Shown: piece by piece, positions 62,407 to 64,000 of the stretch
How positions within the stretch are numbered: position 1 is the stretch's first letter
How the letters are laid out: each line of letters starts with the position of its first letter
Assembly: GCA_051942205.1 (NCBI GenBank)
Contig: JAVECO010000028.1
Coordinates: forward strand, 1 to 64,000
Source of the DNA: Coniocarpon cinnabarinum
Lineage: Eukaryota
Direction of reading: 5' to 3'
Length of the DNA stretch: 64,000 nt
Position numbers and translations under genes: made by a program
The notes under the pieces: generated by a model
What the model saw: only the letters and a program-made list of their open reading frames with translations
Told to the model about the DNA's origin: nothing
Databases searched by the model: none

Positions 62407-64000
62407 ATGCTTCATCGCTCACGCAGCCGAGACTATGGCCCCACTACAGGACCGACCAACTTTACAAAGCAACAAACGGGTGACTACTTAGCCGATCTGA
62501 GAAGCAAGAGACCCTCGAAGCCGGCGGGCTCCAGACCACCTCCGGCGGTGTCGTATCGTGGCGTCGCGCACCCCAACGAACCTTCTCTTCGCAGCAGCAC
62601 GAGCACTCCTTGGGAACCCTCGCAAAATCAGAGTCACACTCGATCTTCCAGCTCGATGTCATCCCACCGCAACAATCATCCCACATCATGGGGTCGGTCG
62701 TCGCCTGAAAAGATGTGTTTCAACACCATCCGCGACCAACAACATCAGAGAGCGGAGAAGGACGAAAGTCATGCAGTACGTGTCGCTTTGGAAGCTCTGG
62801 ACAATGAGAGCTACAGCGGCAATGTGAGCGAGGCAGCGAGAGAAGAAGCTTTAGAGTTGCTACGCAAACACAAAAGTCCACATGCGCCATATGCAACACC
62901 AGACTTCCCAGCAAGAAGGTCGGTAGCTCCGGTAGATCCAGCGGATATCGAATATGGCGCCAATGGTACACGATACAGAAATGGTGTGGAGGTGAGAGGC
63001 GACGACATACGCGCGGCTACTAGTCGTAGCCTGCGTGAGCGAAGTCCAAATCTTCCGAGCCCATCTTTCGTGAGTGACCAACCTGGAAGGCCCATAGTGA
63101 GTTTCGACAAGAACTGGAAGCCCCCAAAAGACGATGAAAGTGAGCATACAAGGAAATTGAGTGACCGACCACTTCCGAAGCCATCGCAACAGTCGCGCTG
63201 CAGGGAGACACTCGAGAGTAAAATCGTATCAGCCCCGGCGGTACCAACGTTAAAAGATATGGACAATGCGGGACGATTCGGAGGGAGAAGTCCGGGCCAT
63301 ACCAAACTCTCCACGCTACCAATGATCGCTGTCAACGATGAGACCGATCCGTGTGATGTTCCACAAATAAGCATCGAAGGCATTAGCAACAATGCCAATC
63401 CTGCTGGTGCAATTCCGTCCATCCATATCGATGAGGACCCAGTGCCCACTGATGTCACTCCGACATTTCCCACCCCATCCATCCACATTGATGATGACTC
63501 CACCCCGCTCAACGGTACGCCAACAATACCAACGCCTTCCATCCGCGAACCGGACACGCCCGGGAGTGCTGCAGTGACTCCAACACCGAAACCGCGACCC
63601 CCAAGGACTTCGAGTGCCCGCCCAACTCGGCCATCGCCACACCATGCAGCTACCGCACCAAGCGCCATCTCGCCATCCCACAGGACTCCTCACGCCATGC
63701 GTGGAGCCTCTGCTCTTTGTGCGCAGTGTGCCTTGCCCATCTATGGCCGCACTGTCACCGCCTGCGGAACACGATTTCACCCAAACTGCTTCACTTGCTA
63801 CCATTGCCACGAAGCGCTTGAATGTGTTCAGTTCTATCCAGAGCCTTCAGCACATCGTGATGCTCGGCTCGAGCGGATGCACAGAAGACTAAGTGGCGAG
63901 GAAGTGGTGCCACCAGATGGAGAGTCTATTGAAGGGGACGAAGATGATAGCTTAAGATTCTATTGCCATCTAGATTATCATGAGTTCTTCAGCCCGAGGT
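62407..64000 (+). CDS. LIM-domain (paxillin-like) protein, truncated by the window end
   Basis: ATG 62407 (DYLADLRSKRPSKPAGSRP) is in frame with CAQCALPIYGRTVTACGTRFHPNCFTCYHC...RFYCHLDYHEFFSPR. Confidence 0.88.
   Translation, partial: MLHRSRSRDYGPTTGPTNFTKQQTGDYLADLRSKRPSKPAGSRPPPAVSYRGVAHPNEPSLRSSTSTPWEPSQNQSHTRSSSSMSSHRNNHPTSWGRSSPEKMCFNTIRDQQHQRAEKDESHAVRVALEALDNESYSGNVSEAAREEALELLRKHKSPHAPYATPDFPARRSVAPVDPADIEYGANGTRYRNGVEVRGDDIRAATSRSLRERSPNLPSPSFVSDQPGRPIVSFDKNWKPPKDDESEHTRKLSDRPLPKPSQQSRCRETLESKIVSAPAVPTLKDMDNAGRFGGRSPGHTKLSTLPMIAVNDETDPCDVPQISIEGISNNANPAGAIPSIHIDEDPVPTDVTPTFPTPSIHIDDDSTPLNGTPTIPTPSIREPDTPGSAAVTPTPKPRPPRTSSARPTRPSPHHAATAPSAISPSHRTPHAMRGASALCAQCALPIYGRTVTACGTRFHPNCFTCYHCHEALECVQFYPEPSAHRDARLERMHRRLSGEEVVPPDGESIEGDEDDSLRFYCHLDYHEFFSPR

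Noticed and set aside
62811..63668. 285-aa minus-strand ORF
   Set aside because: Antisense to the Pro-rich part of the LIM gene

Overview
Eukaryotic DNA from a filamentous ascomycete (Pezizomycotina). It is gene-dense, with short GT-AG introns and CTRAC branch sites; no prokaryotic features, tRNA/rRNA or intact transposon ORFs were seen. About 30 spliced genes can be reconstructed by hand. Housekeeping genes: MSH5, EMC5, ATP10, GOS1, RPL35, EMP24, EF-1beta (hosting the U18/snR18 C/D snoRNA in intron 1), complex I ESSS subunit and a LIM protein. Other genes: three Zn2Cys6 regulators, a GH62 arabinofuranosidase, a GH15 glucoamylase with an N-terminal CBM21-like module, a stand-alone adenylating enzyme paired with a DHA2 efflux pump, and several detox-type enzymes. 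Most notable observations: (1) a transition-riddled SesA-like/NACHT NLR pseudogene facing a small gene with two HET-s-like (HRAM) amyloid pseudo-repeats; (2) a non-coding repeat/linker array of about 11 units with an AT-rich palindromic flank, upstream of EF-1beta; (3) an in-frame TAA interrupting a 14-3-3-like gene; (4) a single-base frameshift in a small conserved-type gene. All family calls come from recognising motifs by eye, not from database searches, and exon boundaries are manual predictions.
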